Origin: a bacterium
GTDB taxonomy: Bacteria > Patescibacteriota > Microgenomatia > Daviesbacterales > UBA10151
Assembly (NCBI GenBank): GCA_021786105.1
Contig: JAJYNW010000015.1
Location: forward strand, 12,685 to 76,684
DNA: 64,000 bases
Direction: 5' to 3'
Shown: piece after piece, positions 48,682 to 57,702 of the stretch
Layout of the letters: each line of letters begins with the position of its first letter
Numbering within the stretch: position 1 is the stretch's first letter
The notes under the pieces: generated by a model
What the model was told of the DNA's origin: nothing
The model's input: only the letters and a program-made list of their open reading frames with translations
Database searches by the model: none
Translations under genes and position numbers: made by a program

Positions 48682-48847
48682 TAATGCTTCCTAAAATAAA
48701 TTGAGTAAAGTTTGGCTCAGTCCAAGACCTTAGAACTGTCGTTCCCTGAGTTTCTACAACTGGGGTAAGTGTAAAAACAAACATTAGGGCGATCAAAACA
48801 ACCCAAACAGTCAAAATTACCTTTTGGCTTTTATTTAATGTTTTCAT
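48635..48847 (-). CDS. Small two-TM protein
   Basis: 70 aa. Confidence 0.25.
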   Translation of the reverse strand: MKTLNKSQKVILTVWVVLIALMFVFTLTPVVETQGTTVLRSWTEPNFTQFILGSIIVSVPCLIIFRVWGK

Positions 48848-49095
48848 TCTCCATGCTCACCCCCTTTGGGTTTTTGCTGGAGAGGAATGTAAAAGCTCCC
48901 CGCTAGCGATGGCTTGCGCCACCTGCAAACCTTTCGGTCTGCAACCTTCGCAGGTGCTCTAACGAGGAGCTGTTTCCTGCGAAGGTTTTGATGCCATGCC
49001 CCTTACGGGGTTTAGGCAATATTAAAATGTGAGGTAATTATACAACATTTGATGTATAATTGGGTGGAAGTTTTTTGTCTTAATAAGGGTATTAC

Positions 49096-49281
49096 ATGCC
49101 AAGAGCCATAAAACTATTAAGAATACGCGAGGCGGCGGAAATGTTGGGGGTAAACCCCGAAACGCTACGGCGTTGGGACAAAAGCGGCAAACTTAAACCT
49201 ATCATCATAAGTAAACGCGGTGATAGGCGCTATAAAAAGGAGGATATTGTACGGTTCCTTAAAAAACTTGCCGAACAATAA
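49096..49281 (+). CDS. Excisionase/MerR-type HTH DNA-binding protein
   Basis: IREAAEMLGVNPETLRRWDKSGKL helix-turn-helix. Confidence 0.55.
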   Translation: MPRAIKLLRIREAAEMLGVNPETLRRWDKSGKLKPIIISKRGDRRYKKEDIVRFLKKLAEQ

Positions 49282-49295
49282 CTATAAAAATAAAT

Positions 49296-51998
49296 ATGGA
49301 ATATGTTGATGAGCACGCCACGCGCAAAAAGTGGATAGACGATAAACTCAAAAAATCGGGTTGGGAAAACATTATCCCCTACAAAGAGGGCTTAGATACA
49401 ACCACACTACACAAAACCGCAGTTGAGGAGTTTGTTACCGCGACTGGACCCGTTGATTATGCGCTTTTTGCCAATGGTAAATTAGTTGCGTTTGTTGAGG
49501 CTAAAAAAATCGGTCTTGGTCCCCAAAATGTATTATCCCAAGCTCAACGTTATGTAAAAGGTGCCCAAGCTCAAGGACAGGAAGTGCCGTTTATTTATTC
49601 CACAAATGGCGAAGTGATTTGGTTCCAAGATTTACGCATAAGCCCAAGCCGCTCACGCCAAGTCGCGGAATTTCACACACCAAAGGCACTTATTGAATAC
49701 CTCACCAACCCGACCCATGAGAATGTACGTTGGTTTACCGATAACCCGCCCGATTATGCCAAGTTACGCTACTACCAACGCGACGCTATTGTTGCCATTG
49801 AAAACGCCATAGCTAATCACAAACGCTCAATGCTTGTTGCTATGGCAACTGGTACGGGCAAGACATTTACTATTGCCTCACTCGCTTACCGCTTGCTCAA
49901 ATCGGGTGTAAGCAAACGCATTTTGTTTTTAGTTGACCGTAAAGCGTTAGCCGCCCAAGCAGTGATGGAGTTTGCGGCATATGAGGCGGAAAACGGCTTA
50001 AAGTTTAACCAAATATACCAAGTGTATAGCCAACGTTTTCACCTAGACGATTTTGAAAGTGATGAAAAAGTTGATTTTAATATGGTACCCACAAGTTACC
50101 TTACCGACCCCGACGGGAACCAAGTATTTGTATATGTATCAACCATACAGCGGATGCAAATTAACTTATACGGCAAGGAGGGAATGTTTAGTTACAGTGG
50201 TGATTATGACCCCGACGATGATGCCGATAAAATTGATATGCCTATTAACGCCTTTGATACGATTGTTGCCGATGAATGTCATAGAGGTTATACCTCACAG
50301 GAAGTGAGCAAGTGGCGTGGCGTACTTGACCATTTTGATGCCTTAAAAATAGGACTTACGGCAACACCAGCGGCACACACAACTAGCTATTTTAAGGAAA
50401 TTGCCTACCGCTACACCTATGAGCAAGCCGTACAAGATGGGTATTTGGTTGATTATGACGCCGTAAAAATATCCTCAGGTGTTCGTATTAAAGGCATTAC
50501 CCTAAAAGAGGGTGAAGAGGTTGAGCAAGTTGATACCGAAACGGGAGCGCAACAACTTGATTTACTTGAGGACGAGCGGCATTTTGAGGTTGCTGATGTT
50601 GAGCGCGATATTACCGCGCCCGATAGCAACCGCAAAATTATCCAGGAGTTTGCAAAATATGCCCTTGAGCAAGAAAAAGAATTAGAGCGTTTCCCCAAAA
50701 GTTTGATCTTTGCCCATAATGACCTGCCACACACGTCTCACGCCGACCAGTTGGTTGATATTTGCCGTGATGTATTTGGCAGGGGTGATGCATTCGTGCA
50801 AAAAATAACGGGTTCACCCACCGTTGACCGACCGCTCACCCGCATAAAGGAGTTTAGAAACCGCCCCGACCCTCATATTGTTATCACCGTGGACATGCTA
50901 TCAACAGGTGTCGATATACCCTCAATTGAAAATATTGTGTTTTTGCGCGCTGTAAAATCGCGTATTCTCTTTGAGCAAATGCTTGGGCGTGGCACAAGAC
51001 TTTGCAAAAACTTCCCCAATGGTCTAGGCACGCTCGAAAAAACTCACTTTACGGTGTTTGACTGCTTTGACGGCACGCTTTTGGAAGCATTCAAAAATAG
51101 CACAGGTATTACCCAGGTCACACCAGTAAACCCAACCCGTACTATTGAACAAATTATTAGCGATATAAACAACAACATTGATGTTGAATACAATACGCGT
51201 TGCCTCGTAAAGCGATTGCAACGCATCGCCAAAAACATTACCTCTGAGGGTCGGGAAATGTTTGCTAAATACATAGCCGATGGCGACATTGCCGCCTTTG
51301 CCAAAAACTTACCCGATGCTTTAGCTACCGAAAGGGTTGCAACTCTTAAAATACTTACTGACCAAAAGTTTATTGACCTGCTTATACATTACCCGCGCCC
51401 CCCAAAGCGGTTTATACGCGCTATTGAGCAAGAAGACATTGTAGCCTCGGAATATATATTTAGGACAACCGACGGGCGCGAGTTAAAGCCCGAGGACTAT
51501 ATAACCCAATTCGAGCGGTTTGTTAAGGAAAACCCCGAACACATTGAGGCAATAAGCATTGTACTTAATAAGCCAAAAGGGTGGAACACGGAAGCACTTA
51601 AGGAATTGCGTACCTCGCTTGCCCAACAACCCGAACGTTTTACCGAGGAAAACCTGCGCCGAGCCTACAAATACCCGCTTGCCGACATTATTTCAATGGT
51701 TAAGCACGCCGCCAAAGATGAACCGCTACTGTCCGCCAAAGAGCGAGTTGATTTAGCAATGGCAAAAGTAATGGGTGATAAAAAAGTTACCGACAAACAA
51801 GAGCAATGGTTGGAGCTTATAAAGCTACACCTTGTTGAAAACTTAACAATTGATGTGCAGGACTTTGATGAAATGCCAATCTTTGTTAATCTCGGTGGAA
51901 GCTTTAAGCGCATTAACGCCGATTTTGACGGTAAGTTAATGCCATTTATAAATGAGATTAACGCAACAATACCAGCCGTTTATGCCTATGCAAACTAA
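49296..51998 (+). CDS. hsdR: Type I restriction enzyme R subunit
   Basis: Walker A MATGTGKTFT, DEAH box VADECHRG, helicase C motifs. Confidence 0.9.
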   Translation: MEYVDEHATRKKWIDDKLKKSGWENIIPYKEGLDTTTLHKTAVEEFVTATGPVDYALFANGKLVAFVEAKKIGLGPQNVLSQAQRYVKGAQAQGQEVPFIYSTNGEVIWFQDLRISPSRSRQVAEFHTPKALIEYLTNPTHENVRWFTDNPPDYAKLRYYQRDAIVAIENAIANHKRSMLVAMATGTGKTFTIASLAYRLLKSGVSKRILFLVDRKALAAQAVMEFAAYEAENGLKFNQIYQVYSQRFHLDDFESDEKVDFNMVPTSYLTDPDGNQVFVYVSTIQRMQINLYGKEGMFSYSGDYDPDDDADKIDMPINAFDTIVADECHRGYTSQEVSKWRGVLDHFDALKIGLTATPAAHTTSYFKEIAYRYTYEQAVQDGYLVDYDAVKISSGVRIKGITLKEGEEVEQVDTETGAQQLDLLEDERHFEVADVERDITAPDSNRKIIQEFAKYALEQEKELERFPKSLIFAHNDLPHTSHADQLVDICRDVFGRGDAFVQKITGSPTVDRPLTRIKEFRNRPDPHIVITVDMLSTGVDIPSIENIVFLRAVKSRILFEQMLGRGTRLCKNFPNGLGTLEKTHFTVFDCFDGTLLEAFKNSTGITQVTPVNPTRTIEQIISDINNNIDVEYNTRCLVKRLQRIAKNITSEGREMFAKYIADGDIAAFAKNLPDALATERVATLKILTDQKFIDLLIHYPRPPKRFIRAIEQEDIVASEYIFRTTDGRELKPEDYITQFERFVKENPEHIEAISIVLNKPKGWNTEALKELRTSLAQQPERFTEENLRRAYKYPLADIISMVKHAAKDEPLLSAKERVDLAMAKVMGDKKVTDKQEQWLELIKLHLVENLTIDVQDFDEMPIFVNLGGSFKRINADFDGKLMPFINEINATIPAVYAYAN

Positions 51999-53409
51999 TA
52001 CAAATATTGTCAATAAATTATGGGGATACTGTCATGTTTTGCGCCATGACGGTATGGACTACGGCGATTACGTTGAGCAACTAACCTACTTGCTTTTCCT
52101 CAAAATGGCGGAGGAAAAAGGGGCAGTTATACCCAAGGAATATTCTTGGTCGGTATTAAAAACTAAATCGGGTACGGAGTTGCTTGATTTTTATAGCGAG
52201 CTTTTGCGTGGGCTTGCCAAACAAGAGGGGTTATTGGGTGCGATATTTGTAGAGGCGCTTTCAAAGTTTACAAAGCCCGTAGGCCTTAAAAGGTTAATTG
52301 ATTTGATTGATGAAATTGAGTGGTCGGCGTTAAACATTGATGTTAAAGCCCAAGCCTATGAGGGGTTATTAGAAAAATCAGCCGCCGAAGGCAAAAAGGG
52401 TGCAGGACAATACTTCACGCCCCGTGTGCTTATCCAATCAATTATAAATGTAATGAAACCCGACCCAAGGGTGTCAAAAGATTTTACCGTTTGTGATCCC
52501 GCCGCAGGTACTGGCGGTTTTTTGCTTAGTGCTTACGAGTGGTTTTTACACCAAACGGGTGGCGCAATTAACCGTGATGATTTGGAGCGCATAAAGAAAA
52601 ACACTTATTTTGGCACCGAGCTTGTAGCACGTCCTCGAAGGCTTGCACTTATGAACCTTTATTTGCATGGAATAATTTCAAATATTCGCTTGGGCGATAG
52701 TATTTATGAACCCGACCGAGGCGAGAGGTTCGATGTAGTTTTGACTAACCCGCCCTTTGGTACCAAAGGTGCAAACCAAATACCCGAACGGCAAGACTTT
52801 ACGGTCGATACAAGTAACAAGCAACTTAATTTTGTCCAACACATTCTTACCATCCTTAAACCTGGTGGTAGGGCGGCTATTGTGTTGCCCGACAACGTGC
52901 TATTTGGCGACCAAGCCGCAGAGGTATTCAAAATACTCATGCAAGATTGTAACCTGCATACTATTTTGCGTTTACCAAGAGGTACTTTTACCCCATACAG
53001 CCAAGGAGTAAAGGCAAATGTAGTGTTTTTTACCAAGGGGATACCCACCGAAAATGTGTGGATATATGATGCACGTACCAATGTGCCAGGGATAACTAAA
53101 AAAGACCGTCCATTAACACATAGACACTTTGAGGAGTTTGAAAAGTGTTATGGCGATAACGCGAGTGGACAATCACCCCGTGATGAAAATCACTCTAAGG
53201 AAAACCGATGGAAAAAGTTTACTGTGGTTCAAGTTAAGGAGAAAAATTACAAACTGGATAGCTTTAAGTGGCTAAAAGAGGAAGACATTGAGAATAGTAA
53301 CGAGATTGGTGAACCAGAGGAAATTATTGTAGACGTAAAGTCTAGTCTTGAGGAAGCGCTTGCAAGCCTTGATAAGGTCTATGAGCAACTTACTAACGAT
53401 GACAAATAA
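51952..53409 (+). CDS. hsdM: Type I R-M N6-adenine DNA methyltransferase M subunit
   Basis: LWGYCHVLRHDG N-terminus, NPPFG catalytic motif, SAM-binding region. Confidence 0.9.
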   Translation: MRLTQQYQPFMPMQTNTNIVNKLWGYCHVLRHDGMDYGDYVEQLTYLLFLKMAEEKGAVIPKEYSWSVLKTKSGTELLDFYSELLRGLAKQEGLLGAIFVEALSKFTKPVGLKRLIDLIDEIEWSALNIDVKAQAYEGLLEKSAAEGKKGAGQYFTPRVLIQSIINVMKPDPRVSKDFTVCDPAAGTGGFLLSAYEWFLHQTGGAINRDDLERIKKNTYFGTELVARPRRLALMNLYLHGIISNIRLGDSIYEPDRGERFDVVLTNPPFGTKGANQIPERQDFTVDTSNKQLNFVQHILTILKPGGRAAIVLPDNVLFGDQAAEVFKILMQDCNLHTILRLPRGTFTPYSQGVKANVVFFTKGIPTENVWIYDARTNVPGITKKDRPLTHRHFEEFEKCYGDNASGQSPRDENHSKENRWKKFTVVQVKEKNYKLDSFKWLKEEDIENSNEIGEPEEIIVDVKSSLEEALASLDKVYEQLTNDDK

Positions 53410-54619
53410 TGGAACTTATAAAATCGGTGACATTTGTGACGTAAAAACGGGTAAAAAGGATGTTAATGCCGAAAATGTTGATGGAAAATATCCCTTTTTT
53501 ACCTGTGCGCAGGGTATTCATAAAATCAATACCTATACTTTTGATGATGAAGCTGTTCTTGTAGCAGGAAACGGTTTTTTTAACGTTAAGTATTACAAAG
53601 GCAAGTTTGACGCATACCAACGAACTTATGTGCTACACAATTTCAAAAGTAACATTAGAGGGAAATACCTTTATTACTTCATTAATCACAGGCTTGACGA
53701 TATAACTAAGGATAATAGAGGTAGCACAATAAGGTATATAAGGCTTGGTGATATTACAGAGCAACAGGTTTCCCTACCTCCAATTGAACAACAGGACAAA
53801 GCAATCGAACTACTCGACCAAGCAATACAAGAAATTAGTTTAGGAAGTGAAAAGGTTAGTAAATCACGATTGCTCGTTCAAAAGTTTAAGCAAGCAATTT
53901 TATCCGCCGCAGTTACAGGTAAACTTACAGAAAATTGGCGCGCAAAAAATTATGACGACGACACTTATCAAGATTTTAACCTTGAAAATGGGGAGGTTAT
54001 ACAAATCCCTGCACTTTGGGAAAGAAGGGCTATTGGAGATTTTGTTTTAGACATAGAGGCAGGCAAAAACTTTACTTGCCCCGAAGTGCCTGTAAGTGGC
54101 AACAATGTTGGGATAGTAAAAATTAGTGCTGTAACTTGGGGTGAATTTGATGAAAAGGAAACTAAAACCGTAGAGGATGAGAGTAAAATTGATGAAAAGT
54201 TATTTATTAACAAGGAAGATTTTTTAATCTCACGAGCAAATACAATTGAATTAGTCGGAGCTTCCGTGGTTGTTGGAGAGGTTAGGCATAAGATTATGCT
54301 AAGCGATAAGGTATGGCGTGTTAATTTTGAGGATATAAACAAGGAATATGTTAATTACTACCTAAAATCACGTATTGGCAGATCCGAAATTGAGGCACGA
54401 GCGACAGGCAACCAACAATCAATGCGCAACATATCCCAAAGTAACTTTAAGGCAATTAACTTACCTACTCCAAGTGATAATGAACAAGCCGAAATTGTAA
54501 GAATTGTAAAGCAATATCTTGAGATTGCAAACCAAGTTGAAAAGCAAATTGAAAAAGCCGAAGCACGGGTGTCAAAACTTACCCAAGCCATTTTGGCAAA
54601 AACGTTTAGACAAGAATAA
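53399..54619 (+). CDS. hsdS: Type I R-M specificity subunit
   Basis: Two target-recognition domains separated by a coiled-coil conserved region; starts in the hsdM stop (GATGAcaaaTAA). Confidence 0.8.
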   Translation: MTNNGTYKIGDICDVKTGKKDVNAENVDGKYPFFTCAQGIHKINTYTFDDEAVLVAGNGFFNVKYYKGKFDAYQRTYVLHNFKSNIRGKYLYYFINHRLDDITKDNRGSTIRYIRLGDITEQQVSLPPIEQQDKAIELLDQAIQEISLGSEKVSKSRLLVQKFKQAILSAAVTGKLTENWRAKNYDDDTYQDFNLENGEVIQIPALWERRAIGDFVLDIEAGKNFTCPEVPVSGNNVGIVKISAVTWGEFDEKETKTVEDESKIDEKLFINKEDFLISRANTIELVGASVVVGEVRHKIMLSDKVWRVNFEDINKEYVNYYLKSRIGRSEIEARATGNQQSMRNISQSNFKAINLPTPSDNEQAEIVRIVKQYLEIANQVEKQIEKAEARVSKLTQAILAKTFRQE

Positions 54620-54627
54620 AAATAACC

Positions 54628-55470
54628 ATGTCATATGTATCAAGTGGGTTAATTAACCAAGTATCGGGTGGTGTATCGCAAAGCGCCGTTGATGCAATAT
54701 CGGCGTTTCAAAACAATGTACGCTCCCTTTTACAACTAAGCTACGACACTTTTTTACAAGGAAGTTATGCTAACGACACCGAAATAAAGGACTTTAATGA
54801 TGTTGACATTGTGGCATTACAAAAACCATTACAAGGGCTACTTTCAAGTTTTAGCGCGTCAACAAACTTGTTTTACGACGTTAAAACTAAGTTGGAAACA
54901 AACCAAAATTATAGAGGCCGAATAACGGTTGGGCGCAAATGTTTAACCCTTGATTTAGGCACAAGAAAAGCGGATATTGTGCCAGCAAGACGTACGATGG
55001 GCGGGCAACCTAATGCTTATGGCGAGCCGATTTTAATTGGGCAAAACATTCCAAATTATCCAAAAACTCACATAAGTATCGGTCAAGCTAAAAACCAACG
55101 AACAAACAACAATTATAAACGTGTGGTTCGTATGGTTAAAAATTATGTAAACAAGTGGAACCTTAAAGGTGTAGCTCCTTCCTTTTATGTTGAATGTATG
55201 ATTTACAGCTACACCGACGCCACGTTTTCCAACGACCTACCTTACACACTTAACAATATACTTACACACATGGTTGGTAATAATTTCAGTGCAGGTTTTC
55301 GTACCGTTGCAGGGGACAAAATTGTAATTTCACAAACCGAGTGGTTTCCCCAAAGTTTTTTCGCTTTTAGGCAACACGTAGCGGCAAAGTTGCCTTACCT
55401 TAGTTCAGCGGTTATGGCTACCAGCGAAGCAAATGCAAATAGCTATTTCAGGAGCTTTTTTAATATATGA
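54628..55470 (+). CDS. SMODS/CD-NTase-like minimal nucleotidyltransferase
   Basis: GSYANDTEIKDFNDVDIVAL ([GS]x9-13DxD) and downstream KADIVPA third Asp. Confidence 0.5.
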   Translation: MSYVSSGLINQVSGGVSQSAVDAISAFQNNVRSLLQLSYDTFLQGSYANDTEIKDFNDVDIVALQKPLQGLLSSFSASTNLFYDVKTKLETNQNYRGRITVGRKCLTLDLGTRKADIVPARRTMGGQPNAYGEPILIGQNIPNYPKTHISIGQAKNQRTNNNYKRVVRMVKNYVNKWNLKGVAPSFYVECMIYSYTDATFSNDLPYTLNNILTHMVGNNFSAGFRTVAGDKIVISQTEWFPQSFFAFRQHVAAKLPYLSSAVMATSEANANSYFRSFFNI

Positions 55471-56063
55471 AAGACCAGCAAAAGTACATTACATCAATAG
55501 TTTTGCTTGTAACTGCAATTTTTATTTTTGGCGAGTGGGTTGAAACATGGTTTGGCAAGGGAATTGCCTCATTTATTACATCAATTAGCACCGTTAGCGT
55601 AATTATTTATGGTTTATACCTTGCTTGGGATAAGTGGCTGTGGAAACAAAAAGGGTTAGCTTACATTTTAAGTAAGCTTGTCGGTTTTTATGAATACCCC
55701 GCGTTAGATGGCAAATGGAAAATAGTATATGAAAGCACTTTTGGAAATACTACAAAAGGCGCGGGTGAAGCAACAATTCAACAAAGCTATTCTTCTTTAT
55801 TTATTGAGGGAAACTTTGGGCAAAATTCATCATTTGATAGTTATTTTGCTCAACTAAAACAAAAAGAAAATGGTAAATGGTTTTTAGTTTATACCTACCG
55901 CAATAAGCCACATAGTACAAAACTTACCAATTCACCTTCGGGTGGTATGCACGAGGGGTTTGCTTACTTGGACGTAGTTGATAAAAACAAGTTGATAGGT
56001 TACTACTCCAATGATGAAAACCGTAAAACTAGAGGCAAATTGACTTTTACAAAAATAAATTAG
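55467..56063 (+). CDS. Two-TM partner protein (SLATT-like membrane effector candidate)
   Basis: Two N-terminal TM helices then a 130-aa soluble domain; ATGA overlap with the NTase gene. Confidence 0.4.
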   Translation: MKDQQKYITSIVLLVTAIFIFGEWVETWFGKGIASFITSISTVSVIIYGLYLAWDKWLWKQKGLAYILSKLVGFYEYPALDGKWKIVYESTFGNTTKGAGEATIQQSYSSLFIEGNFGQNSSFDSYFAQLKQKENGKWFLVYTYRNKPHSTKLTNSPSGGMHEGFAYLDVVDKNKLIGYYSNDENRKTRGKLTFTKIN

Positions 56064-56067
56064 ACCT

Positions 56068-56526
56068 ATGATGAAATTATTAACCGAAGACTTTGTACAA
56101 GAGCAAATAATAAAGTATTTAACCAGCAAAGGGTGGGGCACGAGCCTAAAATCAAAAACCCTCAAGGAGCATGGGGTTGATATTAAGGTGCGCAATGATA
56201 AGTTTCCGCGGTATTGGCTTATTGAATGTAAAGGTGATGCTAGTACAAATGCCAAGTACCCAAAATCACATAGGGAAGTACACTTTAACCTTGCCTTAGG
56301 GCAAATTATTACCCGCATGCAAACCAAGAGGAGGGCTAGAGGTTACAAATACGGCTACAAGTACGGTGTAGGCTATCCTGCGTCATTTAGGGACTTGGTA
56401 ATGCGCCGTTTGCCTTATGATGTTTGCTATAAGCTCAATTTGTACGTGTTTTTAGTTGATGAAGGCGGTGCAGTGGAGAAACTTGAATGGCGTGATTTGA
56501 AAAATGCACAAGTAAAAGCTAAGTAG
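56068..56526 (+). CDS. PD-(D/E)xK restriction-endonuclease-fold protein
   Basis: HGVDIKVRND...YWLIECKGD (D...E-x-K) core. Confidence 0.45.
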   Translation: MMKLLTEDFVQEQIIKYLTSKGWGTSLKSKTLKEHGVDIKVRNDKFPRYWLIECKGDASTNAKYPKSHREVHFNLALGQIITRMQTKRRARGYKYGYKYGVGYPASFRDLVMRRLPYDVCYKLNLYVFLVDEGGAVEKLEWRDLKNAQVKAK

Positions 56527-56805
56527 CAACTTGGAACGCAGGGTCGCGCTGGAGTTTTTTAATTTCAAGCCACCGTTGCTTTAACTCACCCATATATCCA
56601 ACGTGTTGAAAGGCTTGGATGATAGCCTTAAAATCAATTGGTATAGGGTGTTTAGGCGCGGGGAGCAAATGTCAGGTACTAACAACAAGTACAAAAGCAC
56701 CATGAGCTTCGCGAAGATAACAGCCATTTCATGAAAAGAACCAAATAAGAAAAAAATGGTAGAATAGTGAAAGCGACGGGCAAAAGGTTCTGCGAGGAGG
56801 AACGA

Positions 56806-56900
56806 TGAATGAAAAACTATATTCGAAGAAAAAATTCTTCTCATTAATTCATGAAAAATTATATTCGAAGCATAAATACTTCTCATTAGTTTATGAAGAA
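56806..56900 (+). repeat. Three imperfect tandem copies of a gene-start segment (ATGAAAAAYTATATTCGAAG...)
   Basis: Copies at 56807, 56847 and 56891; only the third continues into the DUF1801 ORF. Confidence 0.6.
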
Positions 56901-57258
56901 CTATAAAGCAAAAGATGTTGATGAATTCATTGCAAGTGCACCAGAAGAAGCCCAGTCTAAACTTAGGGAAATAAGAGTGGTTGTAAAATCGATTATTCCA
57001 AACGCAGAGGAGAAAATAAGCTGGGGCGTGCCTTTCTACTGGTATCAGGGTGCTCTTGCTGGATTTACTCCATGTAAAAGCTATGTGCTCTTTGGCCTCG
57101 TGACCGTGCTTGACAATAAAGACCGCGAAACGTTCGGAAAAAAGGGTTACAAAACTGGCAAAAAAACCATACAAATCAAGTTCGACCAAAAAGTTCCGAT
57201 CACATTGATAAAGCAAATTCTAAAAACACAAGCAAAAATGAATGAAGCCAAAAAATAA
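56893..57258 (+). CDS. DUF1801 (YdhG-like) domain protein
   Basis: MKNYKAKDVDEFIASAPEEAQSKLREIR...EEKISWGVPFY typical of DUF1801. Confidence 0.6.
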   Translation: MKNYKAKDVDEFIASAPEEAQSKLREIRVVVKSIIPNAEEKISWGVPFYWYQGALAGFTPCKSYVLFGLVTVLDNKDRETFGKKGYKTGKKTIQIKFDQKVPITLIKQILKTQAKMNEAKK

Positions 57259-57334
57259 TAGAAATTTACTCAGCGCCGCGAGTGTTTTTTCTTACAGCTT
57301 ATTTTTTATCAATTCAATATAATTTACTTCAAAG

Positions 57335-57682
57335 ATGCCCTCTTTAATAATCATTATTTTTGGTTATTTTCGAGCTTTGCTTGGTGTTTTGAAAGATCCA
57401 GCTGTTAAAGGTTTGGCCTTATTTATCACACTCTATCTTTTGTTTGGAACCTTCTTTTATCATCGAACTGAGGGATGGAGTTACCTGGATTCGGCTTATT
57501 TTTGTGTGGTTACGCTAGCTACTGTCGGTTTTGGAGATTTTACCCCCAAAACCAGCCTGGGAAAATTTTTTACCATTTTTTATATCATGATAGGCATTGG
57601 GTCGTTTGTCGCCTTTGCCACGGCTCTGGCCCAGAATATGGTTGAAAGAAGGAGCAATAGACGTAAAAGGCTTTCAAAATGA
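57335..57682 (+). CDS. Two-TM potassium channel (ion-trans_2)
   Basis: Selectivity filter TLATVGFGDFTP between two TM helices. Confidence 0.65.
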   Translation: MPSLIIIIFGYFRALLGVLKDPAVKGLALFITLYLLFGTFFYHRTEGWSYLDSAYFCVVTLATVGFGDFTPKTSLGKFFTIFYIMIGIGSFVAFATALAQNMVERRSNRRKRLSK

Positions 57683-57702
57683 AGCAATAGTTTTAATTGC
57701 AT

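Larger units (their letters stand above)
44056..56670. mobile_element. Integrated higher-GC island at the tRNA-Asn 3' end (recombinase, phage-like genes, type I R-M, SMODS-like set)
   Basis: GC-richer sequence with CGCG-rich codons; serine recombinase abuts the tRNA; weak tRNA-3'-like gcgcggggagcaa at about 56655. Right boundary is approximate. Confidence 0.5.

Noticed and set aside
56581-57216. 211-aa minus-strand ORF
   Set aside because: It overlaps the plus-strand DUF1801 gene, which has a recognisable family signature. The minus-strand product has odd composition and no RBS, so it is likely spurious
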